The notes: generated from the sequence alone by a model not told the origin. Counted from the first letter of the stretch, positions 53,288 to 63,890 are shown. The stretch is 64,000 nt of DNA from an uncultured Methanosarcinaceae archaeon (GCA_963847185.1 CAWJYV010000010.1:192001-256000); one strand, 5' to 3'. A program made the numbers and translations.

Positions 53288-53893
53288 ATGAAAAGATGGC
53301 CCTTAAATTCGAAAACTTCGGAAAAAGCATATCCCGAAAAAACAATCCTTGAGAAGACAAATTCAAAAAAACCGCAGGCAAAAATCCCGCAGAAAGGAGA
53401 AGCCGGTTCTTTTTGGGAAGACAGGGGTGACAGATACCACTGCGGGGTTGACCTTTATATCCAAGAAAACACTGAAGTTCTTTCGATCGAAGAAGGGATT
53501 GTTGTGGAAACCGGGCTGATGACCTCTCCTGAGATTTTGCCTTACTGGAACACAACATATTATACAATTATCGAACATAGCCAGGGGTTCTGTAAATATG
53601 GAGAGCTTTCAGGTTTTGCTATCAGAAAAGGTGACAGCATAGAATCCGGACAGCTGATAGGATACGTGGGAACAGTCCTCAATTCCGAAAAAATAAACGA
53701 GTCCTGCCCTTATTATATTCAGAAACTGAAGCATAAAAATCCAAGCATGCTCCATTTTGAGCTATGGGAAAACAGACCCATTACTACTCACAAAAATTAT
53801 CTAGGGGGAAACTGGTTTTCAGAAGAGAAGCCTGAAAACTTAATGGATCCTACAAGGCTGCTGGAGTCCCTATATCTGAAATCCCTATTGTAA
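53288..53893 (+). CDS. M23-family metallopeptidase
   Basis: HCGVD and LHFE zinc motifs; GQLIGYVG. Confidence 0.85.
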   Translation: MKRWPLNSKTSEKAYPEKTILEKTNSKKPQAKIPQKGEAGSFWEDRGDRYHCGVDLYIQENTEVLSIEEGIVVETGLMTSPEILPYWNTTYYTIIEHSQGFCKYGELSGFAIRKGDSIESGQLIGYVGTVLNSEKINESCPYYIQKLKHKNPSMLHFELWENRPITTHKNYLGGNWFSEEKPENLMDPTRLLESLYLKSLL

Positions 53894-53895
53894 TA

Positions 53896-54028
53896 GAGCT
53901 TCATCCCAAAAACAGTTTTGTCCTCGTTTCAATAAGGATTTCAGAACTTATTTTCAGGATCAGGAATTTTATTGATTGTACCTAAATTAGAACTTAAGAG
54001 GATCAATTTTGAGTTTTGGGATTAGCTC
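53896..54028. mobile_element. 133-bp MITE with IS5-like terminal IRs
   Basis: GAGCTTCATCCCAAAA ... TTTTGGGATTAGCTC; resembles the IS5-remnant end at ~21548-21562. Confidence 0.7.
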
Positions 54029-54069
54029 AATAATAGAGAATATAAGATCAGCAGCAGAGGTCTGGTTTT

Positions 54070-55611
54070 TCAATACACGTGCATAGAATATCTGTATACT
54101 TCAAAACCCTGCTGATCGAAATCTTCAGAAAGTAGAGGGTATCTACTGTAGTTTCCGGTAATGTCATTCTTTAAAGCAGCCCGGACAGAAAATACAATTT
54201 CCTCAGATTCGTTATTTGGTGTTATTGTTATATTCAGGGTCTCTTCCTGTTCCTTAAACCATTCGTATTTAACAAGCTCTACGGATGGATATTGTGCAGA
54301 CATTTCTCCGTCTTTTCCCTGGATTAAATTCCCTTCGGAATAAACTTTGATATTGCTACCTGTTCCTTCTACACTTTTTATATTCTTTCCTTCAGGGAAA
54401 GAAACCCATATATAGCCTTCACTTGTGTGTGCTCCCACATTTTTTACGCTTACCGAAATATTTGCAGCTCCCTCTCTAGAGATTTCACTGACAGAGTTAG
54501 CTTTAACGCTGGTAATTTTCGGGAGGGGAGAAATAGCAAATGCAGGTGTAAGTTTTATTATAGCAATATCTGAATTATTAATTGCAGAATTATCCGAATT
54601 ATTCTGGGCGTTATTTGCCGTAAAAACTATTTTTAGTCCATCCGGGCTCCATTTAGGGATAGAATCAGCTATTCCAATATCATCGGTAAGTCTGGTCCTG
54701 TATCTTCCTTCAATATCCATTATCCAGATTTCAGGTTTTCCTCCTTCATCCGATAAATACACTAGTTTCTTCCCATCAGGGCTAAATGAAGGATTCCATT
54801 CACCATATGCTGTGTCTGTTAGTTGAGTCTGATTTGTGCCATACCAGTCTATTACCCACAGATCATCTTTTTCTTGAGAATCTTTAGCACTGTACAGGAC
54901 TCTCAGCCCAAGAGGACACCAGTCCTTTCCCACTCCAATGTTTTCGGAGGTACCCAAGCGAATGCTATTTGTTCCTTCTCTATCAATTCTCCATAGCTCA
55001 GAAGGAGCATCTTTGGATTCCTGAGTGTACACTATTTTTCGTCCCAGACGACACCATGCACCCCAGCCTTCGGATTTATTGTTATCATCTTCAACACGGA
55101 CCACATTTCCATTTTCCAGATTTACAAGGTATAGACCAGATTGAGACTCAATTGATTTGGTTATAATTAACTCTGTTCCATTGGGGTTTATATCGTTAAA
55201 ACCAATAAGATTCCCTTCTCCGACACCTGTCCGCTCTATTTCGCTTCCATCTGTTTTCATTCTATATGAATCAAAACTGCCGGACTCATTTTTTACAGTG
55301 TACATAATATAATTTCCATCTGGAGTCCACACTGGAAACAATTCTGATTCGGTGCTGTTGGTCAAAAAAGTGATTCCTTCTACAAGGCCTTCTGCAGAAA
55401 CTTCCTCTCCAGAGTTTGCAACTTCTCCTGCTGCAACACAACCCAATCCTGTATTTGAGTTAAAATAATAAGAAGAATTCTGTGTTTCGTTCCATTCCGG
55501 TTCCACAGTATTATTGTCATATCCAGAGACTGGATCCGGGTCTGCTAACGCAGGTAAAACAAGAAGCATGAAAGATAGTAATAGAGATAAGCATCTGGAT
55601 TTTACTCTCAT
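54070..55611 (-). CDS. Secreted TolB-like/PD40 beta-propeller protein
   Basis: Signal peptide; repeated P.W(T/S)PDG and PSFSPDGKKL units. Confidence 0.85.
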   Translation of the reverse strand: MRVKSRCLSLLLSFMLLVLPALADPDPVSGYDNNTVEPEWNETQNSSYYFNSNTGLGCVAAGEVANSGEEVSAEGLVEGITFLTNSTESELFPVWTPDGNYIMYTVKNESGSFDSYRMKTDGSEIERTGVGEGNLIGFNDINPNGTELIITKSIESQSGLYLVNLENGNVVRVEDDNNKSEGWGAWCRLGRKIVYTQESKDAPSELWRIDREGTNSIRLGTSENIGVGKDWCPLGLRVLYSAKDSQEKDDLWVIDWYGTNQTQLTDTAYGEWNPSFSPDGKKLVYLSDEGGKPEIWIMDIEGRYRTRLTDDIGIADSIPKWSPDGLKIVFTANNAQNNSDNSAINNSDIAIIKLTPAFAISPLPKITSVKANSVSEISREGAANISVSVKNVGAHTSEGYIWVSFPEGKNIKSVEGTGSNIKVYSEGNLIQGKDGEMSAQYPSVELVKYEWFKEQEETLNITITPNNESEEIVFSVRAALKNDITGNYSRYPLLSEDFDQQGFEVYRYSMHVY

Positions 55612-55959
55612 TGGTTATCACCGTTAACTTAGAAAACTTAATTTTATAAATATATACGATGAATTATATAGTCTATAGAAACTTCAGTCCACATTATGTA
55701 TCTTTAACTAAACTCAGAAATTATGTTTATAGAATTGAATATCAAAACTACCTTGGCTGTAAACCTACTGAGTAGATATCTCAAGAAGAAATCCAAAAAT
55801 TAAAGATTGTTTTTACCCGGAAAAAAAACAAATTGGGGTAAAGATATACTTAAACAAATTTCTTTACTTTGTTTTTTTATTATTACAACCTGCTCTGAGC
55901 TCTTCAGCTGCCTTTTAAGCTACGCTCAAGCTGCTTTTAAGCTACTTTTTAGCCACTTC

Positions 55960-56709
55960 TTAAGCTGCGTTATATCCCTCAGCCAGGTTTGTGTTTACAT
56001 ACACTACAGCTTCATTAGTGTGTTTGTATGCATAGTCGTCAGTGATTTCAGGCAGTTTATCGGCCTCTTCCTGAGAAGTTATAGTTTTACCTGCAGGAAT
56101 ATACTTGCCGTCAGGAATTGTTACGCCAATTACTGCTGATGTCGGCTCAAGTACACAGTTATTTCCAACTTTTGCCTTGAAAACAAAAGCCTGCATACCG
56201 ATGAAAGTATTGTTTCCTACTAAAGCCGGGCCGTGAACCTGGGACTGGTGGGCAAGAGAAACATTTTCTCCGATATAAACGGCATATTTCTTCCCCTCAA
56301 CCTCAACAAGGTTCTTTTCTATGGGTTCGCCTTCCTCATCGATAGTCTCAAGGGCATGAAGAACAACTCCATCCTGGATATTGCTGTTATTACCAACGAA
56401 AATTGGCATTCCTTCATCACTCCGAACAGACGCCATAGGAGAAATCATCACATGGGCACCTATTGTCACTTTCCCTATAACCGATGCCTGTGGGTGAACA
56501 TAGGCTGTAGGGTCAATCACAGGTTCTGTAGATTCTGGATTCCAGGGCGTTATCGGGTTTGCCATGATATTTAAAAACCCGCTCTCATTGGTTGCTTCTG
56601 CATTTCCTGCTTCGGCCCCTTCGCCCTGGGAAACACACCCGCTCACGGCAAGGGACATTAAAAGGGACAAAATAAGGATTATAAAGACCTGCTTTTTGAG
56701 TTTCATCAA
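55960..56709 (-). CDS. cam: Gamma-class carbonic anhydrase
   Basis: SVRSDEG, NIQDGVVLHAL, SLAHQSQVHGP hexapeptide repeats; SGC lipoprotein-like signal. Confidence 0.93.
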   Translation of the reverse strand: MMKLKKQVFIILILSLLMSLAVSGCVSQGEGAEAGNAEATNESGFLNIMANPITPWNPESTEPVIDPTAYVHPQASVIGKVTIGAHVMISPMASVRSDEGMPIFVGNNSNIQDGVVLHALETIDEEGEPIEKNLVEVEGKKYAVYIGENVSLAHQSQVHGPALVGNNTFIGMQAFVFKAKVGNNCVLEPTSAVIGVTIPDGKYIPAGKTITSQEEADKLPEITDDYAYKHTNEAVVYVNTNLAEGYNAA

Positions 56710-56924
56710 CGTCCTCCTTTGACAGTGTAAAGATTATAAATTATATAGACGTTTCTATTTTTATTTGAAAAAAGTGAAAAAAATAAAAATCAAAAAATAC
56801 TGGACATAAAATATATATAAAAAATCGGGCTTCTCCCGCAAAATATCAATTCTAATGTTTTTTACTATATAACATATAATCTGTAATATATAATAAATTC
56901 AAAAAAATCTTATATTTAAAAGAT

Positions 56925-57635
56925 ATGGATTATGTCATGGCATCTATATTTCTAATCACCTGGGAATCCATAGTTACAGACCTGCCTGTTTTTGCAGTTA
57001 TTATAGTCTGGAACTTATTTGTCCTCCTATTTCTATCAAAAAAAATATATCAATACGCTTTAAAAAAGGGAAGGTCGATTAACTCTTCAATATATTTTTC
57101 AAGAAAAGCAATCCATTTCTTCGCGGGTGGATTGACTGCAATGCTACTTCCTTTTGTTGCCCATGAACCTATTCTACCAGCTGCAACTGCTTTTGGGCTT
57201 GCTTTCATGACATATCTGCCTCACAAACTTAACAGGAGAATGTACTGGTTTCAAGATCCTGAAAATATCTATGATGTTGATTTTACCTTAAGCTGGGGAT
57301 TGATAATTCTTTTTACATGGTATATTGACAGTAGTTTCTGGCTTGGAGTGGTTCCAGTGCTCTTCATGGCATATGGGGACGGAATTACGGGAGTAATAAG
57401 GAATCTTAAATATAACAAAAGAACAAAAGCATGGGAAGGCACTGCAGGCATGCTCGCGTTCTGCATAATTATCGGTGCAAAAATGGGGTTTGCCGGGATT
57501 TTTGCAGGAATATTGTGTTCACTTGTGGAACGAATAGAGAATATAGATGACAATATCACAGTGCCAATAACTGGTCTGTTAATCCTGCTCGCTGCTCACT
57601 ATTATTTCCCTTCTTTAACTGTTTCTCTTTATTAA
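56925..57635 (+). CDS. Dolichol/phytol kinase (CTP-transferase) family membrane protein
   Basis: RKAIH, AYGDG, KAWEG, DDNITVP. Confidence 0.8.
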   Translation: MDYVMASIFLITWESIVTDLPVFAVIIVWNLFVLLFLSKKIYQYALKKGRSINSSIYFSRKAIHFFAGGLTAMLLPFVAHEPILPAATAFGLAFMTYLPHKLNRRMYWFQDPENIYDVDFTLSWGLIILFTWYIDSSFWLGVVPVLFMAYGDGITGVIRNLKYNKRTKAWEGTAGMLAFCIIIGAKMGFAGIFAGILCSLVERIENIDDNITVPITGLLILLAAHYYFPSLTVSLY

Positions 57636-57917
57636 TATTTGATCAAATAGAAATTTTCAGGCTATCCCTATTTCTCAATTATTTTCCTCTTTCTAATTTT
57701 TCTCTTTAAATTTACCCTTTTTAAATTTTCTCTTTCCAATTTTCTATTTTGATATTATTTCATCTTTGCACATTTTATATGTACGGCAACAACATAGTAA
57801 AAGTTTTTATACTCTCTGAGGATATACATTTAAACTAAACACATTATGTATGGGGATTTTACTAGATGAATTAAAATTTTCTGAAAGATTTTTTGACCTG
57901 AGGGGGGTTGAAGGTAA

Positions 57918-59300
57918 TTGGATGAAAATACAAAAAATCTTGTAAAGAAATTGGAGCGTTCTGTTTTTGCAGGAAGCAGAATAACTGCTGCAGAAGAACT
58001 TGGAAAAACAGGGGGCTTAGATGCTTTACCTGCCCTTATTGAGGCCCTGGAAGACTCAAATCCCAGGGTAAGGGTTGCAGTTGCAGAAGCTCTGGGTAAC
58101 ATCAATTCAAAGGAAGCTGTTCCAGGCCTAATAATAGTTCTTGAGGATCCTGAAAGTTTCGTTAAAAAGACTGCAATTAGTTCCCTTGAAAAAATAGGTA
58201 CATCTGAGGCAATCTCAGGTATTGTAAAAGGACTTAGTGACCCTGATAAGTTTGTCCAGAAGGAGGCAGTAAAATCTCTAATGCGAATCGGATCAAGAGG
58301 TTCCACAGAAGCTGTCTACTGTCTTGAGAAAGTCCTTAATTCTTCGAATACCTCTTTGAAAAAGAGTTCAATAATAGCTCTTGGAAAAATCGATACTTAT
58401 GAAGCTGCTCTAAGTCTGACAAAAGCTATTAAAGATTCGGATAACAAGGTAAGGCAGTTAGCAGTCGAAACTCTCGGAAAGAGAGGTAAATCTGATGTGT
58501 TTGAAGAATTGTTTAGAATTCTTGGGGATTCCAGAGGGCCTGCACAGGAAGCTGCATCAGAAGCTCTCTGTAGAATCATAAGTGTGTCAACTTCATTATC
58601 TGTTCTCATAAGGGCACTGGAAGTGCCCGACAAGGATGTAAGAAAAGCTTCGATTGAAACTCTCTGGAAGATAGGTACGCCTGAAGCAGTTTCAGGACTT
58701 TTGCAAGCTCTCAATGATGAAGACTGGTATTTAAGAAGCCGTTCAGCAGATGCCCTTGTGAATATTGGTTCACCTGAGGCAGCTCTGGGACTGGTTAGAA
58801 TTTTCAGTACCAGTGAGAGCTCCTTTAAGAAATCAATAATTTGTGCTCTTGGGAAATTTGGGATACCCGAAGCTGTTGACGGCCTGATAAAATCCCTTGA
58901 GGATCCTGACAGTTTAGTCAGGGAAACTGCAGTGGTGAACCTTGGAAAAGCAGGAACTTCTGAGGCTGTCTCAGGCATTTTGCTGGCTCTTCATGATGCC
59001 AAAAGCACAGTAAGAGAAACCGCAGTTATAGTTCTTGGAGATATTAAAGCACAGGAAGCTGTCCCGGAGCTTATTTCTATCCTTGAGGGTGCCGACTGTT
59101 CAATACAAAAAGCTGCGATTTCTTCACTTGAGAAGATAGGTACACCAGAAGCAATCTCAGGACTCTTCAGAGCTACTGAAAATCCAGACCTTCCTGTACG
59201 AAAAGCTGCATTAAAAGCCCTCGAAAAAATTAGTAAATCAAGTCCGTCACCAGTAAAAATTCTCGGGAAAATTGAACTCCATGATCAATACCTATCTTGA
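57918..59300 (+). CDS. HEAT-repeat protein
   Basis: Repeated L.D....VR..A...LG.IG..EAV..L units. Confidence 0.92.
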   Translation: MDENTKNLVKKLERSVFAGSRITAAEELGKTGGLDALPALIEALEDSNPRVRVAVAEALGNINSKEAVPGLIIVLEDPESFVKKTAISSLEKIGTSEAISGIVKGLSDPDKFVQKEAVKSLMRIGSRGSTEAVYCLEKVLNSSNTSLKKSSIIALGKIDTYEAALSLTKAIKDSDNKVRQLAVETLGKRGKSDVFEELFRILGDSRGPAQEAASEALCRIISVSTSLSVLIRALEVPDKDVRKASIETLWKIGTPEAVSGLLQALNDEDWYLRSRSADALVNIGSPEAALGLVRIFSTSESSFKKSIICALGKFGIPEAVDGLIKSLEDPDSLVRETAVVNLGKAGTSEAVSGILLALHDAKSTVRETAVIVLGDIKAQEAVPELISILEGADCSIQKAAISSLEKIGTPEAISGLFRATENPDLPVRKAALKALEKISKSSPSPVKILGKIELHDQYLS

Positions 59301-59361
59301 AGACCTATCTTAAATCCAATATTCCACAGTATTTTTTTCGAAAATCAATAATTTTTGGCAA

Positions 59362-59470
59362 GGGATATGAGTTATTGATCAAGTCTGAAAAAACAAGTAT
59401 GCTTTCCGACATATTGGGAAAATATGGAGATTCTTATGCTTGCAGTTTTCAAAGACTCACTCCCATTACC
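59362..59470. repeat. ~105-bp dispersed element, copy 2
   Basis: TATGAGTTATTGATCAAGTC...CATATTGGG...GGAGATTC...CAGTTTTCAA..ACTCAC, as at 49447. Confidence 0.8.
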
Positions 59471-59893
59471 CATTTACGAGATTCAGCAAAATCAACAAAA
59501 AATATTATCTGGCCGTCCATCTGAAGTTTCAACTAAAGAGCAAAAATTTCCTGTCCCGAGGTAGCTGGCAAATATACTGAATCTCTTCATGAAAAGCTTC
59601 ACAGCGCTCAGGCTGATACTGAGAAAATGAGTCCTGTTTAGAAGATAAGTCCTCTTGCTTTGCTAGCCTTTAGAATAGGTTAATTTAGAGATATTATTAT
59701 TCCCAGGAGACTTACTGTAAGAGCAAGAATTGTTATAAAAACAATTAAAGCCGAACTTTCATTTTCAAACTCTGTGTTGTTCTTATAGTCCATGATACTA
59801 TTATACGCAACTACAGATTAAAACTTTTGTGAGTTTTAATGTATGAAAGTGAGGTTAAGTATCTTTTCTGAACTTTTCCAAACCTGAATTTTT

Positions 59894-61243
59894 TTAGTTT
59901 CCTGCCCTTTTCAAGGCTTTTTCAAACTTCTCAAGTCCGAGGTCAACTTCTTCATCTGTTATTACCAGCGGTGGGGAAAAACGGACTACAGAATCCCCGC
60001 AGGGGAGGAGTAGAATTCCTTCTTTAAAGGCTTCCCTGAGAATTTCATCCCTTCTTAAGGGATCTGTCGATTTGTCGGGTTTTACGATTTCAACGCCTAT
60101 CATGAGACCGAGCCCGCGTACATCTCCAATGAAGGGGAAGCTTTCCTGAAGTTCTCTGAGGTGCTGCCTGATCTGGGATCCCAGCTCTTTCACTCTGTTT
60201 TTCATGTTCTCCTTTTCGAGAAGTTCCAGGGAGGCAAGAGATGCAGCTGAGGCCAGGAGATTTCCCCCAAAAGTGTTAGAATGGACTCCAGGCGGCCAGT
60301 TCATAAGTTCGCTGTCTGAAAGCATTGCGCCCAATGGAAGACCTGCTCCTAGGGCTTTTGCAAGGCAGGAGATTTCGGCCCTGATCCCAAAATTCTCCAT
60401 GGCAAGGAAAGGGCCAGTTCGGAAACAGCCTGTCTGAACTTCATCGGCTACAAGAAGAACATCGTTATCTGTACAGATCCTTCTTACTTCTTCATGAAAC
60501 TCTACAGGAGGGACAATATAACCACCTTCCCCCTGGACCGGTTCGATAAAAACTGCGGCAGTATCCTCAGGGCTCAGTTCCCGCTTGAAGATCAGATTTT
60601 CAATCTCTTTTGCACACTCCACCCCACAGGAAGGATGTTCGAGTTTTAGAGGGCAGCGGTAGCAGTAGGCATAAGGGGAATGAACTGTGCGGATTGCAGG
60701 GAAATGTTCTTTTTGCCTGATTTTTGAACAGGTAAGGGATAAGGAGCCAAGAGTACGGCCGTGAAAGGCATTATAAAATGAAATAAAGTTCTGCCTCTTG
60801 GTTTTCCAGGAAGCAAGCTTGATTGCCGCTTCCACGGCTTCGGTTCCGCTATTGCAGTAAAAGACCTTCGAATAACCTGAAAGTTCTTTCAGTTTATTTG
60901 CAAGTTTTACCGGCGGCTCAGCAAAAAAATCTCCATACCCGCAGTGGGTTATTTTTTCTAGCTGGGCCGAAACAGCAGTTATTACCTCAGGATTGGAATA
61001 ACCTGCATTCATAACGGCAATGCCTGCAATAAAATCGATATATTCTCTGCCGTCAACATCCTTGATTATGGAGCCCTTTGCCCTGTCTACGACAAGCGGA
61101 TAGGGGCGGGCAACGCAGGCAGATACGGTATTACAGTCCTGCTCTATAATTTTCCTGGCTTTAGGGCCGATGATATCAAGCAGTCCGATATTCTGTGCGA
61201 AGAAATCAAGATCATTTGCCTGATTATCCTCTTGATTTTCCAT
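59894..61243 (-). CDS. Class III PLP aminotransferase (4-aminobutyrate/acetylornithine family)
   Basis: NSGTEAVE, FHGRT, EPVQGEGG, ADEVQTG, AKAL, TFGGN. Confidence 0.93.
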   Translation of the reverse strand: MENQEDNQANDLDFFAQNIGLLDIIGPKARKIIEQDCNTVSACVARPYPLVVDRAKGSIIKDVDGREYIDFIAGIAVMNAGYSNPEVITAVSAQLEKITHCGYGDFFAEPPVKLANKLKELSGYSKVFYCNSGTEAVEAAIKLASWKTKRQNFISFYNAFHGRTLGSLSLTCSKIRQKEHFPAIRTVHSPYAYCYRCPLKLEHPSCGVECAKEIENLIFKRELSPEDTAAVFIEPVQGEGGYIVPPVEFHEEVRRICTDNDVLLVADEVQTGCFRTGPFLAMENFGIRAEISCLAKALGAGLPLGAMLSDSELMNWPPGVHSNTFGGNLLASAASLASLELLEKENMKNRVKELGSQIRQHLRELQESFPFIGDVRGLGLMIGVEIVKPDKSTDPLRRDEILREAFKEGILLLPCGDSVVRFSPPLVITDEEVDLGLEKFEKALKRAGN

Positions 61244-61334
61244 CCTTCTTACCTTTCCTATACTTTTAATTTTCCTGACCAGACTACATTCTCAATTTTC
61301 TTTATCCATAATATGCTTTTCCCAAACTTCTAAT

Positions 61335-62813
61335 TCATTCCGCATCTATCTGGGCTTTCTGCAGCTTGCCGCTGTAGTCTATATATACGGCTTTTACCTC
61401 CGAAAACTCCTTAACAGCATCTGTCCCGGCTTCTCTGAAACCGTTTCCTGTTCCTTTTACGCCTCCGAAGGGGAGATGAACTTCCGCACCTATAGTAGGA
61501 GCGTTAACGTACGTGATTCCAGCCTCAATTTTTTCAATTGCCTTGAAAGCATTTCCGACATTTCCGGTGTAGATTGCGGAAGAAAGCCCATATTGAGTAT
61601 TGTTGGCAACTTCTATTGCTTCATTAAGGTCTGAAACCGCGATGACACTCAGTACTGGCCCGAAAATTTCTTCCTGAGCAATCCTCATATCCGGCCTGAC
61701 ATCCGTAAATATAGTGGGTTCGAAGAAATAGCCCGGAAGGCCAGGATCTATGGCATTTCCTCCCAAAAGAAGAGTTGCCCCTTCATCTTTTCCTATCTTC
61801 ACATACCGTTCGATTTTTTCAAGCTGAGCTTTATTAATTACAGGGCCTATATCTGTCTCAGGCAAAAGTCCGTTTCCTATCTTGAGAGACTTTGTTTTTG
61901 CAAGCAGCCTTTTTATGAATTCTTCTTTTATTTTTTCATGCAAAATCAACCTGCTTGTGGCCGTACAGCGCTGTCCTGTGGTTCCAAAAGCTCCCCATAG
62001 CACACCTTCAAGAGCCAGTTCAAGGTTGGCATCGTCCATAATAATTACCGGGTTTTTGCCTCCAAGTTCCAGAGAAACACGTTTCATATTCTTTGCGCAT
62101 TCTTCCATTATCCATTTACCTGTTTCAAGGCTGCCTGTAAAGGAAATAGCTTTGATGCGCGGGTGCTGAACTATTGCTTTTCCGGTAACTCCTCCTGGCC
62201 CGGGTAAAACGTTTACGACACCTGGAGGGAGCCCTGCTTCCATAAGGATCTCGACTAGTTTTATGGCAAGAAGGGGTGTGTCGCTTGCAGGTTTAAGAAT
62301 AACTGAATTTCCTGCCACAAGAGCTGGCATAATCTTCCAGCTTGGAATTGCCATAGGAAAATTCCATGGGGTTATCAGGCCCACTACTCCTATAGGCCTT
62401 AACACGGTCATGCAGAATTTTTCCTTAAGTTCGGACGTCGTTGTCTCCCCAAACATTCGCCTCCCTTCCCCTGCGGCGTAATTTGTAATATCTATTGCTT
62501 CCTGCACGTCTCCCCTTGTCTCGAGCAGAACCTTCCCCATCTCTTTTGTCATAAGGATGGCAAGTTCTTCCTTTCTTTCCTGCAAAATCCTGGCAGCCTT
62601 TAGAAGCACTTGAGCCCGTCGAGGAGCAGGAATTTCGCTCCAGACCCTGTACCCTGCCTCTGCAGCTTCAACTGCTCTGTCCACATCTTCGAATCCGGCT
62701 GCCTGTATCGTGGCCAGGTTTTCCAGAGTAGCCGGATTGATGTCATCAAAAACCTTGTCAGTTGACGAGTCTATCAATTCTCCGCCTATAAGCAATTTAT
62801 ACTCAGTAACCAT
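61335..62813 (-). CDS. NAD(P)-dependent aldehyde dehydrogenase
   Basis: PWNFP, FTGS, LELGGKNP, GQRCTA, EEIFGP. Confidence 0.95.
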   Translation of the reverse strand: MVTEYKLLIGGELIDSSTDKVFDDINPATLENLATIQAAGFEDVDRAVEAAEAGYRVWSEIPAPRRAQVLLKAARILQERKEELAILMTKEMGKVLLETRGDVQEAIDITNYAAGEGRRMFGETTTSELKEKFCMTVLRPIGVVGLITPWNFPMAIPSWKIMPALVAGNSVILKPASDTPLLAIKLVEILMEAGLPPGVVNVLPGPGGVTGKAIVQHPRIKAISFTGSLETGKWIMEECAKNMKRVSLELGGKNPVIIMDDANLELALEGVLWGAFGTTGQRCTATSRLILHEKIKEEFIKRLLAKTKSLKIGNGLLPETDIGPVINKAQLEKIERYVKIGKDEGATLLLGGNAIDPGLPGYFFEPTIFTDVRPDMRIAQEEIFGPVLSVIAVSDLNEAIEVANNTQYGLSSAIYTGNVGNAFKAIEKIEAGITYVNAPTIGAEVHLPFGGVKGTGNGFREAGTDAVKEFSEVKAVYIDYSGKLQKAQIDAE

Positions 62814-63403
62814 AAAATCCCCCTAAAAGCATAGCTGCATAAGAAGATAAATATATTCCGTAATTTTTTTTCAGGCAGAATATAGAATACTTTCAGTTTA
62901 GTCATTAAACTCTGTTAATAAACACCAAAAGGAAAGATATAAAATAGAAAAAGCTCGACTTTATTATAAATAAGAGAAATAATAATTACTGAATTTAATA
63001 ATCAATAAGAAAGGCGAGGAGGGGAAGAAGGATAACGCGGAAGCAATCGGAACAAGATAATGGAAAGAAGGCTGGTGCAGGTACAATTGAAATGAGAGGA
63101 GGGAAAAAGGATGATGCGAGTGCAATTAAAAAGAGGGAGTGACGAAAAAGAAGAGGAACCTGAGAGGGGAAGTGACGAAATAAGTGAAAAAATAATAGAT
63201 CAGGCTGAAAGAGAAAGCAATGAAAAGTCTGGAAAGCCAACACAAACTTGTGAGGGAGAGGAACTTCCAGCAAGGGGAAGTGACAGAAAAAAGGATTATA
63301 TCGAAAGGGGAAGTGATAGTAAAGAAGATTTTCCTGGAAGAGGGAGCGGTTGATAAATAGAAAAATCAGGGGTAACAAATAAAAGAATTAAGAAGGAGTT
63401 ACG

Positions 63404-63505
63404 GGGAGAAGAGAGTGGCTAAAAGATAAAGGAGTTGAGAGGAGTCACTGGGAGAAGAGAGTGGCTAAAAGATAAAGGAGTTGAGAGAAGTCACTGGGAG
63501 AAGAG
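63404..63505. repeat. 46-bp direct repeat, ~2.2 copies
   Basis: GGGAGAAGAGAGTGGCTAAAAGATAAAGGAGTTGAGAG.AGTCACT at 63404, 63450 and 63496 (partial). Confidence 0.85.
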
Positions 63506-63654
63506 GGAGTGACTCATAGACAGAAAAATTACGGAAAAAACTGTAAATAAGGTCAAAAACAGCATCATGGAAAAAGACAATTTTAGATTTAAAATGAGAC
63601 CGGCTCAAATATTATATTGATTCTAAATTCAAACCTTATCTTATAAACAGCTTA

Positions 63655-63890
63655 GAGAAGAAGTGAGAGGTAAAACAGTTTTAGAGAGGGATTTGCCTCT
63701 CACTTCTTTTTGCTTCTGGTTTCAGAACCGAGAAAGAGGAATGGCGAACCTCCTTTCCCGGATCCTTTAAGAAACCTCTCTCGGGCCGAAGACTGAGGAA
63801 TGGCAAAAAACCTCAATCACCTATTCTTCCGTGAGGGGTTCCCTTTCATAGAGGGCTGGGTTGAGGAAATGGCGAACCTCCTTTTCCTTC
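63655..63890. ncRNA. Candidate structured RNA with repeated GAGG-AATGGC(G/A)AA-CCTC hairpins
   Basis: Long stem AAGAAGTGAGAGGTAAA/TTTGCCTCTCACTTCTT plus three related short hairpins. Confidence 0.4.
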
